Source: Podarcis filfolensis
Taxonomy: Eukaryota
Assembly (NCBI GenBank): GCA_964270895.1
Contig: OZ185441.1
Direction: 5' to 3' (one strand)
Length of the DNA: 64,000 bases
Both the position numbers and the translations under genes were made by a program. Below are positions 25,207 to 38,043 of the stretch, piece after piece; position 1 is the stretch's first letter, and each line of letters opens with the position of its first letter. The notes below the pieces were generated by a model. It was not told where the DNA came from. It was given only the letters and a program-made list of their open reading frames with translations, and did not search any database.

Positions 25207-27129
25207 CGAATGACACAGTGCTGCACTTAAGTATTTAATACAATTTTCAAATCTCCATAATAATAGACATTTTCTTTCCAGATGTTTTTATATGACAACC
25301 TACCAAGTTCTGGATCAGAACTAATTTCCTCTTGCTAGACTATAAATGTCAAGCAAAGAGGGATCAGTGTGTAGCAACAAGGAAGTGAATGCAAAAAGAT
25401 GCTACTGTATCTCCTTAGAAAAGAAAGCACCTTAAGTACTGTTGCAAATTCATATTTGTGCCCTTTTGACATAGAATCATCTTCATTCTTAATTTTGTTT
25501 CCATCCCATTATCATAATGATAATAGTATAGCCATATTAGGTCAACATGTTTTTAAAAAGGAAATACAAGCATAATGAAGCCATCTGCTATTGAAGCCTA
25601 TAGTACTTAAGCCACTTAGCTCTTGCTCTCATGAACAGCAAATGAGGTGGAAATTCTGTAATTCTCAAATTGCAGTTTGGGGCTCACAAAATTCAGTGTT
25701 CTGTGATACAGGCTGTAGCAGCCAGCGAAGGGGGGGGGGCAAGGCAGCAGAGAGCTCAGGATGGTGCAGGCACAGTGCTGGGTATGTTGAATTGCCGTCG
25801 CTGCTGCTCTTACACCACACCTGCTCCTCGCTGCCTTGCCACTCCCTACCCAGTAACCAGTAGAGATGAATGACTTAGGGAAACCAAGTCAGAAACACAG
25901 CACACACAGCCGCCACATGCTGCTGCACCAGCCACTACTACATATGGGGAGGGAGGAATCACAGCATGTAGCGAACTCAATGTGAGCATGAATGGTGGTA
26001 GCATAGCCTTCAACGTGACATGCTAATTTTCTTTCTGTGTGAATATTTTTCATGGAGAATCATCATATCTTGATGAGCCTTCACCTCAGAGCCTAAAGTG
26101 GTAGAGACTAAACACAGTTTCACCTGTTTTTGTGAGACCTCAATTCTGGAGTAATTCCATTGACCTTATTAGAACTACCCAGAAATTGTTGTTTGAGGAT
26201 CATGGTCTGAAGCCAACAAAACCTTTTCCCTTTTTCCCTTTGCTTTTTTTCTACATACAGATTCTCCGTTGTTAGTAAAAATCTGTTAACATTCAGAATT
26301 GTTTTAATTATGAATGAATTACAAAACCAATGTTAAACCTGTTTAATTATGTCTTTTATTATTCAGTTTTATAGTGAAGTGTCTTTTAATCTGCCAGGCT
26401 TTGTTCTCAAATCCCAAGTATTATATTTTGTTACAGGCACAATAAAGGTCGCACAAGGCTTCACTTCTAAATTTGATTTTCATATTACCAACAGGAAACC
26501 AAGAAATAGAATTCATTTTCTCTTTTGTATTTTAATTAACAGCTGTTAAAAATGACCTTACGAAAAAGCAAGCTTTCTTGTAGGTTAAATGGAACATCCC
26601 AATTTTTGAAGTGAAACTTGGAAAGTTTTAGCAAACTCTTTAAATGGCATTCAGTGTTGTGTCATGTAAAACTAGCCCGCAGGGTAAGACAATAAGCCCT
26701 TTTCAGATATTTTATGTATGAGGCCAGCAGGCTCTGCCTCCATTGTTCATGCATTCATTGTACCATTTGCAAAGACCTCCATACATACAGTTGTAAAAGC
26801 AGAGGATTCTTCATCTGTTCGGCAACTCTGGAAAAGCAGCATGCCCTAATATTATAAGAGAGCCCTCTTTGCATGCACTGGGGTCTTTTCAGATAGTATA
26901 AGAAACACTCATACATTGGAAGGCAGAGCCTTCCGCTGAGATATAACCCCTCCCACATGCACTGGTTTCATCTGTAAAATGTCTGAAAGGGGTAATATGC
27001 TTTACATGTATTTTTAAGAATTGTATTTTAATGATGAATCTAGAGAAAGTGTAAAATTTGATCTACTATATATGTACAGTGTACATAACACCACTGATAA
27101 GGTTCCAAAGAGCCATTAGGAAATATTCT

Positions 27130-27134
<5 letters not shown>

Positions 27135-27176
<42 letters not shown>

Positions 27177-27189
27177 TATCTCTATCTCT
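27135..27189. repeat. Compound (CT)n/(ATCTCT)n microsatellite
   Basis: Direct reading. Confidence 0.95.
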
Positions 27190-27770
27190 GAAATGAGTTT
27201 AGTTTTGCATCGAGTACAATCCAGATCACAATTATGTGTATAAGCCAGATTCAAATCAATGCAAATAAGTATTTTCAACCATGCAGATTGTTCCCCATTG
27301 CCCTTACACCAAGGATAGGCACCATGTGGTCCTTGATCTAATTTCATACAAGTTGGGGAAAGGGGAACAATCAAGTAGGAAATGAGGTAACAGAAGGAGA
27401 GAGAGAGAAAATAGTGGCCAAAAGGGAGGGAAAGGGAGTTGGCTCCACCCACTCTTGGCTCCAGTTTCCCCATTGGTGGCTGCAGTCCCATCCACTACCA
27501 GCATGCAGTCTCCAATACATTACCCCTGAGACAAATGGCCCTCAACAGAAATAAGGGTTGTCCATCTCTGCCTTTTGTGCAGAACTGTACAGGGAGATTT
27601 GAGATCTATACATGCAGAGAATCCTTTTTATATTTACTTTCCAGAAAAGTTGCCTCATCTCTGTCCCTCTTACTGTAAGTTGCTTTGCTGGAGCTTTCTT
27701 TGGGGCATGAATTTTAAAAGTCCCATTGCCCATGTGTTCAGGGGATAAAATGAGATGGGCCAATGCTATA

Positions 27771-27999
27771 CAGTGGAACCTTGGCTCCCGAACACCCTGG
27801 GAGCTAACATTCCGGCTCCTGAACGAATGAAAACCGGAAGTAATTGTTCTGGTTCTCAAACGTTATTTGGACGCCAAACACCCGGTGCGGCTTCTGATTG
27901 GCTGCAGGAAGCTGCTGCGGCCAATCAGAAGCCACACCTTGATTCATGAACTGTTTCAGGAATTGAACAGACTTAAGTTTGGGAACCAAGGTTCCACTG
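27771..27999. mobile_element. Tigger/pogo-like MITE, third subfamily, with internal 14-bp hairpin
   Basis: TA-CAGTGGAACCTTGG...CCAAGGTTCCACTG-TA; GGCTTCTGATTGGC/GCCAATCAGAAGCC at 27889-27933. Confidence 0.9.
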
Positions 28000-30452
28000 T
28001 ACTATCTTAAACTGAAGCTTGTAACTGACCGTTTTCATTTCGCATATACATGTAGCACATATACATTTTATACCAGGATGGTACCTGCTGCTACTTAACT
28101 ATCCCTGTGCAATATTTTTATGAACTAATCATTCAATAATTTGTAGTTCTTGCTGAAATTAGCTTTGAAGGAAATAACTAAGGTTAAGAAGGAAACAGTG
28201 ACTACGTTTGATGTTACTTGGTCCAAACTATCCATAAGAATGAGTCACTGATTGCAAGCATTATATTAGAACTTCATAGGAAGGTTGTCTGGGGGGTAAT
28301 ATTTCATAAATCATGGTGGGATCCAATTAACACTGTGCTAGCTCATACCAGAGAATCAAGCATGCAACACACACACAGTTTTCCCTGCTCACATAAGATA
28401 TATCATTCCCCTGCCCACCAAACAGGCTCTTGAAGCCAATCCCAGGCTCAAATGTTTCAACTCATCAACTTGGGCTTTGAAGGAAAGGCAGGATGTTTAA
28501 ATGAATATGATAATATGTATTGAATTCACATAACTAGTATCATGGTTCTGTGGATCCTTCATTAGCATGCAGCATGTTGAGAATCATGCAATAGAGTCAG
28601 TAATATTTTTAAATTCAGAGTTTTAGCCAGGATGTGACCTAAGCATCTCAAAAGACCACACACACATATCACATTGCCAATTGGTGCATCAAATCCAATT
28701 CATAAATCTATTCAATATTGTTTCCAGTTACAAATTCAAAGTAATATGTGTGAGAGTATAGTGATATAAAATGAATCTTGTACAAGGTGGCATATTTGAA
28801 TTCACTAAGCTAGGAACCAAGGTATTCCAAGTACTCCATGTAATCTAAAGACTCTGTTGTGAAAATGTGACACTGGAGAGATCTGAACGGTTGGCATTAG
28901 AGCCCGAAGTCAATAGCAAAATTTTGCCTGCTGACTTCAGTAGAATCAATGGCAAGCAAAGTACATGGTTGCTTTTACTTCTCATGCACTTAAGAATAGT
29001 AAAGTCACTCACTTACTTTGAAGCTGATGTGGGGATTAGCACTCATTAATGGGAATGATCATGATTGTGCCTTAAAAGTATCAGTCTTGCTACTCTATTA
29101 CAGTAATCCTCATACTAATAGCTTCTCATAATGGCAACTAAACTGCCTACTTTCTGAAGCCAAAAGCAAAATTCTTGAAACTATAACAGACCAAAAGATA
29201 ACACAGATTACAAATGGGTCTGCTATATAATTAGGAGATGACTCATGTAGTTGTATTTTTCAAACAATAATGGCTACCTTGTGGCAGCTTAGATATCTGG
29301 CATCGTTAGGGCTGCCTTATTTATTTGTACCTGTCTTTCGGAGGCAAGTATGGGTGTGATAAGTTCACCCTTTGATTATTATTATTTTAAATGCTGTGGT
29401 TTCCTTTAGAAACTACAACAAAAATGAGGAAGCTGCTGAACTCAAGGTATTCATTAAAAGTATTTTTGGTACCATAACAAATGCATCTTCAAGAAAAGCT
29501 TATAACACAGAAAAGTAGAACTCAAGATTCTTATTTTTAAATACATATGGTCACTCATATGAAGTAAGAATGTGACTTATGTTGAGTCAGGTAGCTTCAA
29601 GGCCTTGCTACCAGAGATCTATTTAGCTGGGATGGTGGGGATGGCTCCTTAGACCTTTTGTATGAAAAATGTGTTCTACTCTCAAGCTATAGCTCTGACT
29701 GGTGTAAGTGAGTTAAGGGGGCTGATTGCACTCATTTTGTGAAAGCATCCATTCATATAATGCAAAGTGCCATGGCAGAATCATGAGATAGTCTGCTTTT
29801 TACATATTGTTTGCAGTTCTCCGGCCCAGAATATCCTGAAGATACTATGCATGTGGTAATTCAGTTTACAGTTTGGTGATGCTTAATGCATCATTTTTAA
29901 AGCTAATTCCAGTAAGAGATGGTCAACTGAACTAAATTCTGGTGGCACCTCTAAATATAGCTGTTCAACATTATATATAATATGATATGTGAATCTAACT
30001 GCAATCCTGAAGGTCCATATGGGCCAGAGCTGTGCCATTGCTTGTTGTGTCTTTTTAGCTTTTCCAGGCAGTAGCTCCCAGTGTATTGGCTCATGCCCTG
30101 TGATTATTAAAACCCCCCAAAACATCTTAGAAAAGGGTTAAAATCTGTTGGGTGATTTTTAAGTTAACACCACCAGTTGCCAGGGAATATGATAAAGAAC
30201 GCCCTGAGTATATGCATTCCTGAGAACTTTGGTCTACAACTGATGAGTCATATCCTGACTAAATGTGGGTCACAACAGTGACACCACCACCATGTGTGTG
30301 TGTGTGTGTGTTTAGGAGAAAAAAGTAGTGTATTTGGTTACAACAAATGACCCCTTTTATAGAATGGGGAACTTCATCAACAGCATCTATTTTCATCACT
30401 ACATGAGGAAACTACATCTACAAAAATTTCATCTTGCTGTTCAACATTAAAT

Positions 30453-30586
30453 CAGGGCAGGGAACCCTGTGGCCCTGCAGATGTTGTCAGACTCCAGCTG
30501 CCATCTTTCACTATCATTGGCCATGGTGTCTGGGGCTGATAGAATCTGGAGTTGAACAACATCTGGAGAATCACAGCTTCCCCGGC
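30453..30586. mobile_element. Decayed palindromic hAT MITE
   Basis: CAGATGTTGTCAGACTCCAG...CTGGAGTTGAACAACATCTG inverted core. Confidence 0.55.
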
Positions 30587-33429
30587 GCGAACATAAATGT
30601 ACATTAGTCCCCTGCTTTCTCTCCTTATATCTGATCACAGGAAGCTAGACATATATGGTTTAGAAATATGGAGTCCCCTGTTGCTGGATGTAGCTAAAGC
30701 TGGGTTGTGAACCTTAAAATATGACAGCTATTGCCCCAAGGACATTGAGACCACAGGAACATGCAATAACTTGCATGAAAGCTCTGTGAGTTGTGTGTAA
30801 TTAAAATATGGACTATGAATATCCTGCAGATAATATTGCACCGGAAAGTGCAATATTTCCCACATAATGGGACACGATTCTTTATAAGTTGCACAGCTGT
30901 ATTTTGGGGTTGTAATTGCCAGCAGAAACTCTGTGTAAAAACTACGCTAGGATCCAATAAGCAGCATGCATGAGCTCAAAGCACACTCCTGGATGGGGGC
31001 AGGGAAGGTTGACTGCCTGTTTTTCCTCCCCCACCCCTCCCCCCTGAAGCATCATATATTGCTCTAGAGGGTTCCCCAATTCTCAAGACAGCTTTTGTGG
31101 GGAAGCAGAAAGGGGAAGGAGCTGGAAAGGGTCCAGTGGGAAATGGACTGGAAAGCCATGGTGCATATACAGCCTTTGGATCCAAATCTAATTAGATAGA
31201 GCTATCTCGTTGAGAATAGCTTGAAACTTGGGGGTTGTTTTGTCATATCAATCTAAATTGATATGTAAAATTTGTAAAATGCAAATGCCACACATTATTC
31301 TGCTTCAAGAACGACTCACAAAACACAGATTGAATATTATCCTCTGAAGAGTCAAGGCATTGTTCTAATAAACCTTGTTCCATCAAGTATTGATCAGATA
31401 ACTCAGTGTGCTTTAGTATAGGTAATGATGGGAATTGTAGCCTCTCTTGAACTTTTCAGAATCACTCATAACCAGCAATCTTCATGATTACATCTCAAGC
31501 TATATTGTTTTACTCAAAGGAGTGAAAGGAATCGGTGCCTAAAGATTTTGAAGTTCCTAACTGAAAATTGCGAAGGAAATCAAGATAGGTAGACTTGAAC
31601 GAATTATCTGCATGCATATGTTCCACTTTAGAACTTATTCTTTTTTTGGTATGCATCCATAAAAGACATTAATGGAGCACAGAGCAGATGAAGGTGGTTT
31701 TAAAAATGTCTGGGGGAGGGGGGCCTCATTCCTATGCTGGCAAAGCATTTGAATACATGTGTAACTCCATGCATGTGTTGTAATGACTTCCATCAATAGG
31801 AATAATATTGTGCATGCTTTTAAAGGCTTACATGAATCATGTTCTAGATAACAAAAAGTATTTAGTCTTCATGGAGAAAAAAATTGGCCAGTCTTAGGAA
31901 ATGAAATCCTTGTGGAAGTGACCAGAGATTTCATTATGGCCAAAACCCATTTATTGAAATTGCGGAAAATGTTTTTCTGTTTTTTTTTATCATTTTGATT
32001 CTGCAAACAGGCAGCTGTGTAATACTAACTGATGCATGAGCTCCAATATCCACTGGAGTTGCCAAATTCATTTCAAGCATTAAATTTGTATTCCCACATA
32101 ACAGTGTACATGTATCTATCTGCTTTCTTCGTTTTGGCATGGAGGCCATCATAGAACATGTGGTGATCTTGACAGCCCCAGACTAAAATACTGAGCAGGT
32201 TTGCCTGTGCATAACTCCTCTTGAATTAAATTGGACTTGCATGAATGTAACTGAGCACAGGATTTCAGCCAAAGTGTGGCTCAAAACAATTTGAACAATC
32301 GATGCCTGGTTTACAGTAATAATCTATGACCTTTTTAGAAATAGGATTGATTTGAAACTTTGAGCCACTCCAAATGTTCCAAACCTAACTTCGAGTGAAT
32401 AACAATCCCTCAGAACAAAATGCAGATCAACTTTATTTCTATATTTTATGGTATATTCTACACTTGCTTTAAGATATAATTCTAAGTAAAATATGTATAT
32501 ATTGGTTGGGGAAATGACTATTTTTGCAGCAGATGCACAATCTTGACATAGAGTAATAAAATCATATCAGCTATTTTTCCCCAGACCTTAAAATTATCTG
32601 ATTTTGGCTTATTCTCATTGCTTTGTACATTGATAATATTTCATGAGTTTTAATTTGTGGTTGGGGGAAATGACAGAGCAAATGTAATATAAAGTATTAT
32701 ATATTTTATAAATACTGAGGTTTAAAATACCAGATCAAACAATCTAAATAATTATTTCATTTTTAATTATGTTTGTGGCTCTTTGTAGTGTTTTGTGACT
32801 CAAAGACATCTAGTTGTTTAAACTCATTAATGAACTACTAATAAAACATTTCCTTCTGTTTGGTTTTGTTTCATTGATTTGTAATCATGAAAAGAAAAAA
32901 TAAAATACTTTTTTAACAACTTGTTTTGGGCATATGATGTGTGGCTATCTGCAGCAGACTAGAAACTGCATTTACAGATGTTTTTATTGCTGGGATTTTT
33001 ATTGCTAATATGTTTCATGGGACGAAATTCATAAATGAAATAAATGAAACAATTAAGTTCACACACACCACTTGACCTTAGCCAAAAGGCTGAGAAGTGA
33101 TTGACTGTCTGATACATAACAGGCATTCCAAGGGGTGGATGCTATTAAAGGTCCAATCCTTGCACTGTACAGATGAGAAGGTATCAACAGGAGGTCCTCT
33201 TCTGTACAATGCAGTTTCCAAGTTGGTATATCAGTGTGAGATGATTTTTTTAAAGGTATCCTTGTTGATATATGGCTTTGTACACTATAAGCAGAAGAGG
33301 ACCTCCTGCTTATAGTGTACAAAGCCTTTAAAAAGCAGCTCATTGAATTTAGCCCAGCAACAGAGTGGCAGGCAGTGCAATTCTTTCAACAGCAGTGTAA
33401 CATGATGCTGATATTCTGCCCCAGTAAGC

Positions 33430-33700
33430 AGCTGAGCCACTGCATTTCTAGGTCAATCTCCAGGACAGCCACATATCAAGCATATTGCAACAGTAGTCAA
33501 ATCTTGAGGTATCCAGCACAGGGTGACAATAGTCAGGTTATCCAGGAATAGAAATTGCTGCCTTATCAGCCCAAGCTGGTAGAAGGCACGCCTATCTACT
33601 GAGGGCCCCTGTGCCTCTAGTGGCAGAGGTGACTCCAGAAGCACCCCTAGACTTCAAACCTGCTCCTTCAGGGAGAATACAACCCCATCTGAAGCAGGCA
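33430..33700 (-). mobile_element. L2-clade LINE ORF2 fragment
   Basis: Minus peptide LLESPLPLEAQGPSVDRRAFYQLGLIRQ resembles the L2 motif LGV.LD..LS.E.QV..V.R.AF.QLRLI.Q. Confidence 0.75.
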
Positions 33701-35721
33701 ATTAACCAATTATCTGGACTCAGGAGCCTCTCACCTACATCACCTACATCTTTCTCAGTCTCAGTTTGTAGATTTTCATCCAGACTAGTTATGCACCTAA
33801 ATATGTATCAGGCAGCAAAGTACCATATGTTCCCTTAAGTAAATACAGAAGTGGGGAAGCTGAATTCTCACTGTAACAGCAGAATGAAGGTGGGAGAAGC
33901 TTATCTCTTTATTCCCCCACCAGATTAGAATAGTGATCTCCCCACCACCAAGCCAAAAAAAGGGCTTGGTGGTGGAAGAGTCTCCTTTGGTGCCGATGGG
34001 GCATTTTTCTACGTCAGGGGTTCTTGGCTAGGGAATGAAAAAGTGAGCCTCCGCTTCACATATAATGCCTTCAGTCTGAGAATTGGGCTTCCCAACACTC
34101 TACCTACCTAAGGAAAAGCAAAAAACCTAGCTGCCTGCTATGTATTTAAGTACACAGCTCATTTGGTCCTCTTACTCTGTAGTATGTATTAAGCTCTGAA
34201 GTGCATGCAATGCCCTACCTTCCAATCGCCTCTTCCTCAAACCGAAGGAAATGTCAGAGGACCTCCTAGGACCAAAGTCTTCATCTGGCATGTCCCTTCC
34301 TGGGGAAAACAATATTGTAAGTGAGGTAACTAGTACAGAGCAGATGGAAGAAGCCTATATATCCATCACTATCTCAGTTTGCCAAGTGCTAGCCAAATTG
34401 ACACCATTCATCCACAAGAGGGGAGATATGAATGAGCTTAGGAGAAACCCCAAGGTTTGCAGAAGTACAAGCAAATCTGGTAGGAATAAAAACTAGCCAA
34501 CTAGGACTGAATGTTCAGTGGCTACCATGTGGTAAATTACTATTGAAAGAGAAAGAAAAAAGCCATGCAAATTGAGGGCATTGTGCTGGCTTGGGCAATC
34601 AGGCATGTCATCCAAAACATCTGAAGAGAACCACACTGCTGAAGGCTAATCAGCCTCATCTAGTGATACAGGATATTATATCTGATGCTTTGTGTGTTTC
34701 TTTGGCTCTTCTCTACTTTATTTGCTACTAGGGATGGGAGAACTTGCAGTGTGATGACTTCAGATCACTCATTTTACATCATGAAATGCCACTGACAACA
34801 GGGAAATAACAAGACATGGTCTTCCTGTTTTCAGCAATACCCCAGTGTCTGTCATAATATCTTATTCTTCCAGCCTGAATAATTGTGATAATGCAGGGGT
34901 TGAAAATGAATTATCTCTGCGTTTCTGCTTTATCATATTTTTAGCATATTGTTGAAAGATTTCATTGCCATATCACTCTCCTTAAAACTTGGCAAATGGT
35001 TTCATCATTTTGTCTGTATGGTAGCTGATATTTAACATTTCATTTAGCATACAGCCATAGAGCTGGCATGACTCTTCTGAAAAAGAACTCTTTCCAAGGT
35101 GATCAAAGAAAAAAATGCTAAATTATACATGCTGAACTATACTGAGAGCATACATGCTAGCAATAATACATTGTGGAAAATTTAACTCTACAAACCATAA
35201 TCTTACACCTAAACATTACATGCTCCTGCAGCTGTGTACAGATTTTTATTTCTAAGGGGCAATGGGAACAATTTATCACTAATGTGATAACAACCCTTAA
35301 CCTAGAATTGCTAGATTCATAATTATATAATTGGAGGAACCTATAGATATAGTTGAATGGGGAAAACATTTTTGTTCCTTCGTCTAATTTACACCCACTC
35401 ACATGCATTGTTTCACCCAGGTTGGGAATGATGAAATTGATTAGACCACAGAATGCTTGTAATTGGATCCAATCAATTTCACATTTAAGAGGGCTTGAAT
35501 GGCAGGACATTGTTTACTGAAAAGGCAAAATAGCTTCATGCTTGTGCTTTCCTCACTTTTTAAAGGACAAGTTGAGCACATGGATTGTGTACATCATATA
35601 TCCCTTAATACATGGAAACAAACAAACAAATGTATTATAGCCTTGGAAAAAATCCCAACTGTCCCAGGCATTGGAATGGTGAAGTATATTATTCATCATG
35701 GCGTCTTTGCAAGAGACATTC

Positions 35722-36091
35722 TGTTATGTACTGAGTTGAATAGGATCCAAACTGCAGCAGTCTGATTGGTCCTAGAACAATAGGATCCAAATTGCAGCAG
35801 TCTGATTGGTCCTAGAACAATAGGATCCAAATTGCAGCAGTCTGATTGGTCCTAGAACAATGCAGCAGTATGATTGGTTGGCAGGAACCACCCAATCATG
35901 CTCCAGATATAAGTGAATCCACAACCTGATTGGCTTACAGTAGAATTCCAGAATTAGCCAATCATGTGTAGCCCATTGTGTAAATAATGTATATAAAGCA
36001 GATACTTTGAGGGGACTTTCATTCATTCCTCCTCACCACTATGAGCTGAATAAAGAGCATGAAATCGCTTTGCGACTCTGAGTATATTTCA
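35722..36091 (+). mobile_element. Solo LTR (370 bp)
   Basis: TGTTATG...TATTTCA, exact 5-bp TSD CATTC, TATATAAA 35990-35997, AATAAA 36049-36054. Confidence 0.9.
35739..35875 (+). repeat. 40-bp tandem repeat (3 copies plus partial) in the LTR U3 region, each with a reverse CCAAT box
   Basis: AATAGGATCCAAA(T/C)TGCAGCAGTCTGATTGGTCCTAGAAC at 35739, 35779, 35819. Confidence 0.95.
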
Positions 36092-36589
36092 CATTCTGTC
36101 AAAATAAACTTACTGCAGAAGTGCTGCATGTGTTTCTGGGGAACAGTTCCAGCTTTTCCTCCAAAAAGCTCTAAGTACTATTAAGTAAGAAAAAATTTGG
36201 TCAGAGACCATGATAAGGCACACAGAATGAATGTGTGTCCTGTTTTTTTAAAAAACATTATTTAAATAAAATTTAGATTTTAATGGGAGCAAGCAGTAGC
36301 TCATGATTTTGGGGTACTCGTTCAAAACTAAATTTACCTATGGCCCAATAATAAACCTGTCTATGCAGAAGTAAATTCTATTAAATTTAACATGAGTTCC
36401 TAGGTATGCTTACAATGTAATTATATGAATGTGCACATATGCCACACAGTGTAATTCTAATAATGTTTATTTCAGTTATAGCTGAATTGGGGCATATCTT
36501 CACAGAGATAAAATAGGTTTCATGCCCAAGAGACAAATCTCAGAAAACACTAGACAAGTGTTGAATAAATACTATATTTTTTGAAAAAC

Positions 36590-37680
36590 GAAAAAGATGC
36601 TTATGCCCATTATTTCTTCCAATGGTCAAAAAACTTTGCAAAATTTGGAGGGCTCATTTATGAAATTGATGTTATACAGAGCAAGGTATGAGACAAAGGC
36701 TTTGGTGCACACTTGAGCAGCTTTGCAAAGAGTTGGGAGAAGTTATCAGGACAAAGGCTTTGGTGCACACTTGAACAGCTTTGCAAAGAGTTGGGAGAAG
36801 TTATCAGGACAAATAGAAAGGATTCATTCCCCTGTTACTCTGCAAAGAACAGGACAGGGTTGTCCTTTATGGCTCCTGCTCTTTGCCCTGTCAATTTCAA
36901 TAAGGAGCAATAGCAAAATTAATGATGTCAGTATCAATAATGGAGAACACACAATACATCTGTTTGCAGATGATGTGGCAATTGTCACAAGCAAACCTGA
37001 AATGTTACTGCAGGAAAGTCAAAGACAAGTAGACAGGTACAGTAAAGTTTCAGGCTTTAAAGGTAATTATAAAAAATCAGCATTATAGGTATGCAGATAT
37101 AGAATCTCCTTTGAGAACAGGGTTTTATTTCTCGCTCAAAGAGGGCTATAAGGGCAAGGGCAAGGAAAGAGACTTCCAATGGCCTTTCTTGTTGGCACTT
37201 CAAGATATTTCAAACAGCTTCAAATAAATGCTGGATGGAATTCTGAGATGGTCTCAAAGGACTAGTTGGAAGAGATGTCAAGGGATGGTACATTTGTCTG
37301 CATGTGGTGGTCACTCCTGTCCTCTGAGAGAGATCTTTGGGACAAGATCCTAGGATCTTGGGACAAGAAATAGACATTATGACCATACAAAGCAGTTATG
37401 GGCACTTTCCCAAAGGATTTACTGTCTACAATGCATAAAAATTTTGAGTGGTATACAACACAGCATTGCAGAGTTAGCACTGAACCTGTTCCATTACCAG
37501 GTTGTCTTATGCTACTGGGCAAGAGGTTCCACAAGCAAGTAGTTGGTATTTCTACGCACAGTTTGTAGAGGACAGAAAAATAAAATACCAAGCCACAACA
37601 GTTCCAGTATGGCAAGCTCTTGCGCAATGGTTCTAGCAGGCTAACACATTGGATACAACCCTTTCTTTTATATCCTTTTG
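36590..37680 (+). mobile_element. Rearranged L1-clade LINE remnant (RT fragment joined to C-terminal CCHC region)
   Basis: QGCPL (36855), LFADD (36960), SGFKGNYKKS; then GTFVCMWWS/CP zinc-knuckle remnant (~37284-37324) and W.QPFLLY near 37650-37675. Confidence 0.8.
36693..36813 (+). repeat. 58-bp tandem duplication inside the L1 remnant
   Basis: ACAAAGGCTTTGGTGCACACTTGA...TTATCAGG at 36693 and 36751, one mismatch. Confidence 0.95.
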
Positions 37681-37741
37681 CAGCAGAAAGAGCAGTAATT
37701 ACAATCCATCGCAAGGCTACTCTCAAACTGTGGTTTTGGGG

Positions 37742-38043
37742 CAGTGGTGGGTTTTGGGCAGTGTGCAGTGAGGTTGCATCAGGTGCGCAGCCAAGAAGCA
37801 TGCCTTTGTAAAGCCTGGTAAGTACTTGCCAGGCTTCAGGGTGGAGGCATGATTGCTATGACAGGGTCCTAGAGTTCTCCCACCTCCTTACCAGGCTTTG
37901 GAAAGGAGGTAGGAGGGCTCTAGGACCCTTCCAGAGCCTTTTGCCTCCTTCACAAAGCACAGCTTAAGCAGACACTGTGAGAGCTGTGGGGGAGGGCACC
38001 AAATGCCCTTGCACAGGGGAGCATATTACCAAGGCCCACCCAT
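37742..38043. mobile_element. Decayed hAT-like element with central hairpin
   Basis: Arms GGGTCCTAGAG (37864)/CTCTAGGACCC (37918-37928); GC-richer than flanks. Confidence 0.4.

Noticed and set aside
29883-30125. 80-aa minus-strand ORF with protein-like composition
   Set aside because: No recognisable homology and only weak splice signals
30240-30263. CTGATGA-GTCA-tatcc-TGAC-TAAA, a hammerhead look-alike
   Set aside because: G12 of GAAA is T, and no stem I or III with a UH cleavage site can be built
35739-35875. Regular 40-bp repeats resembling a CRISPR array
   Set aside because: No unique spacers; vertebrate DNA; lies within an LTR
37262-37801. Longest ORF in the track (179 aa, minus strand)
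   Set aside because: Lies antisense to the L1 C-terminal remnant; no recognisable domain or splice context
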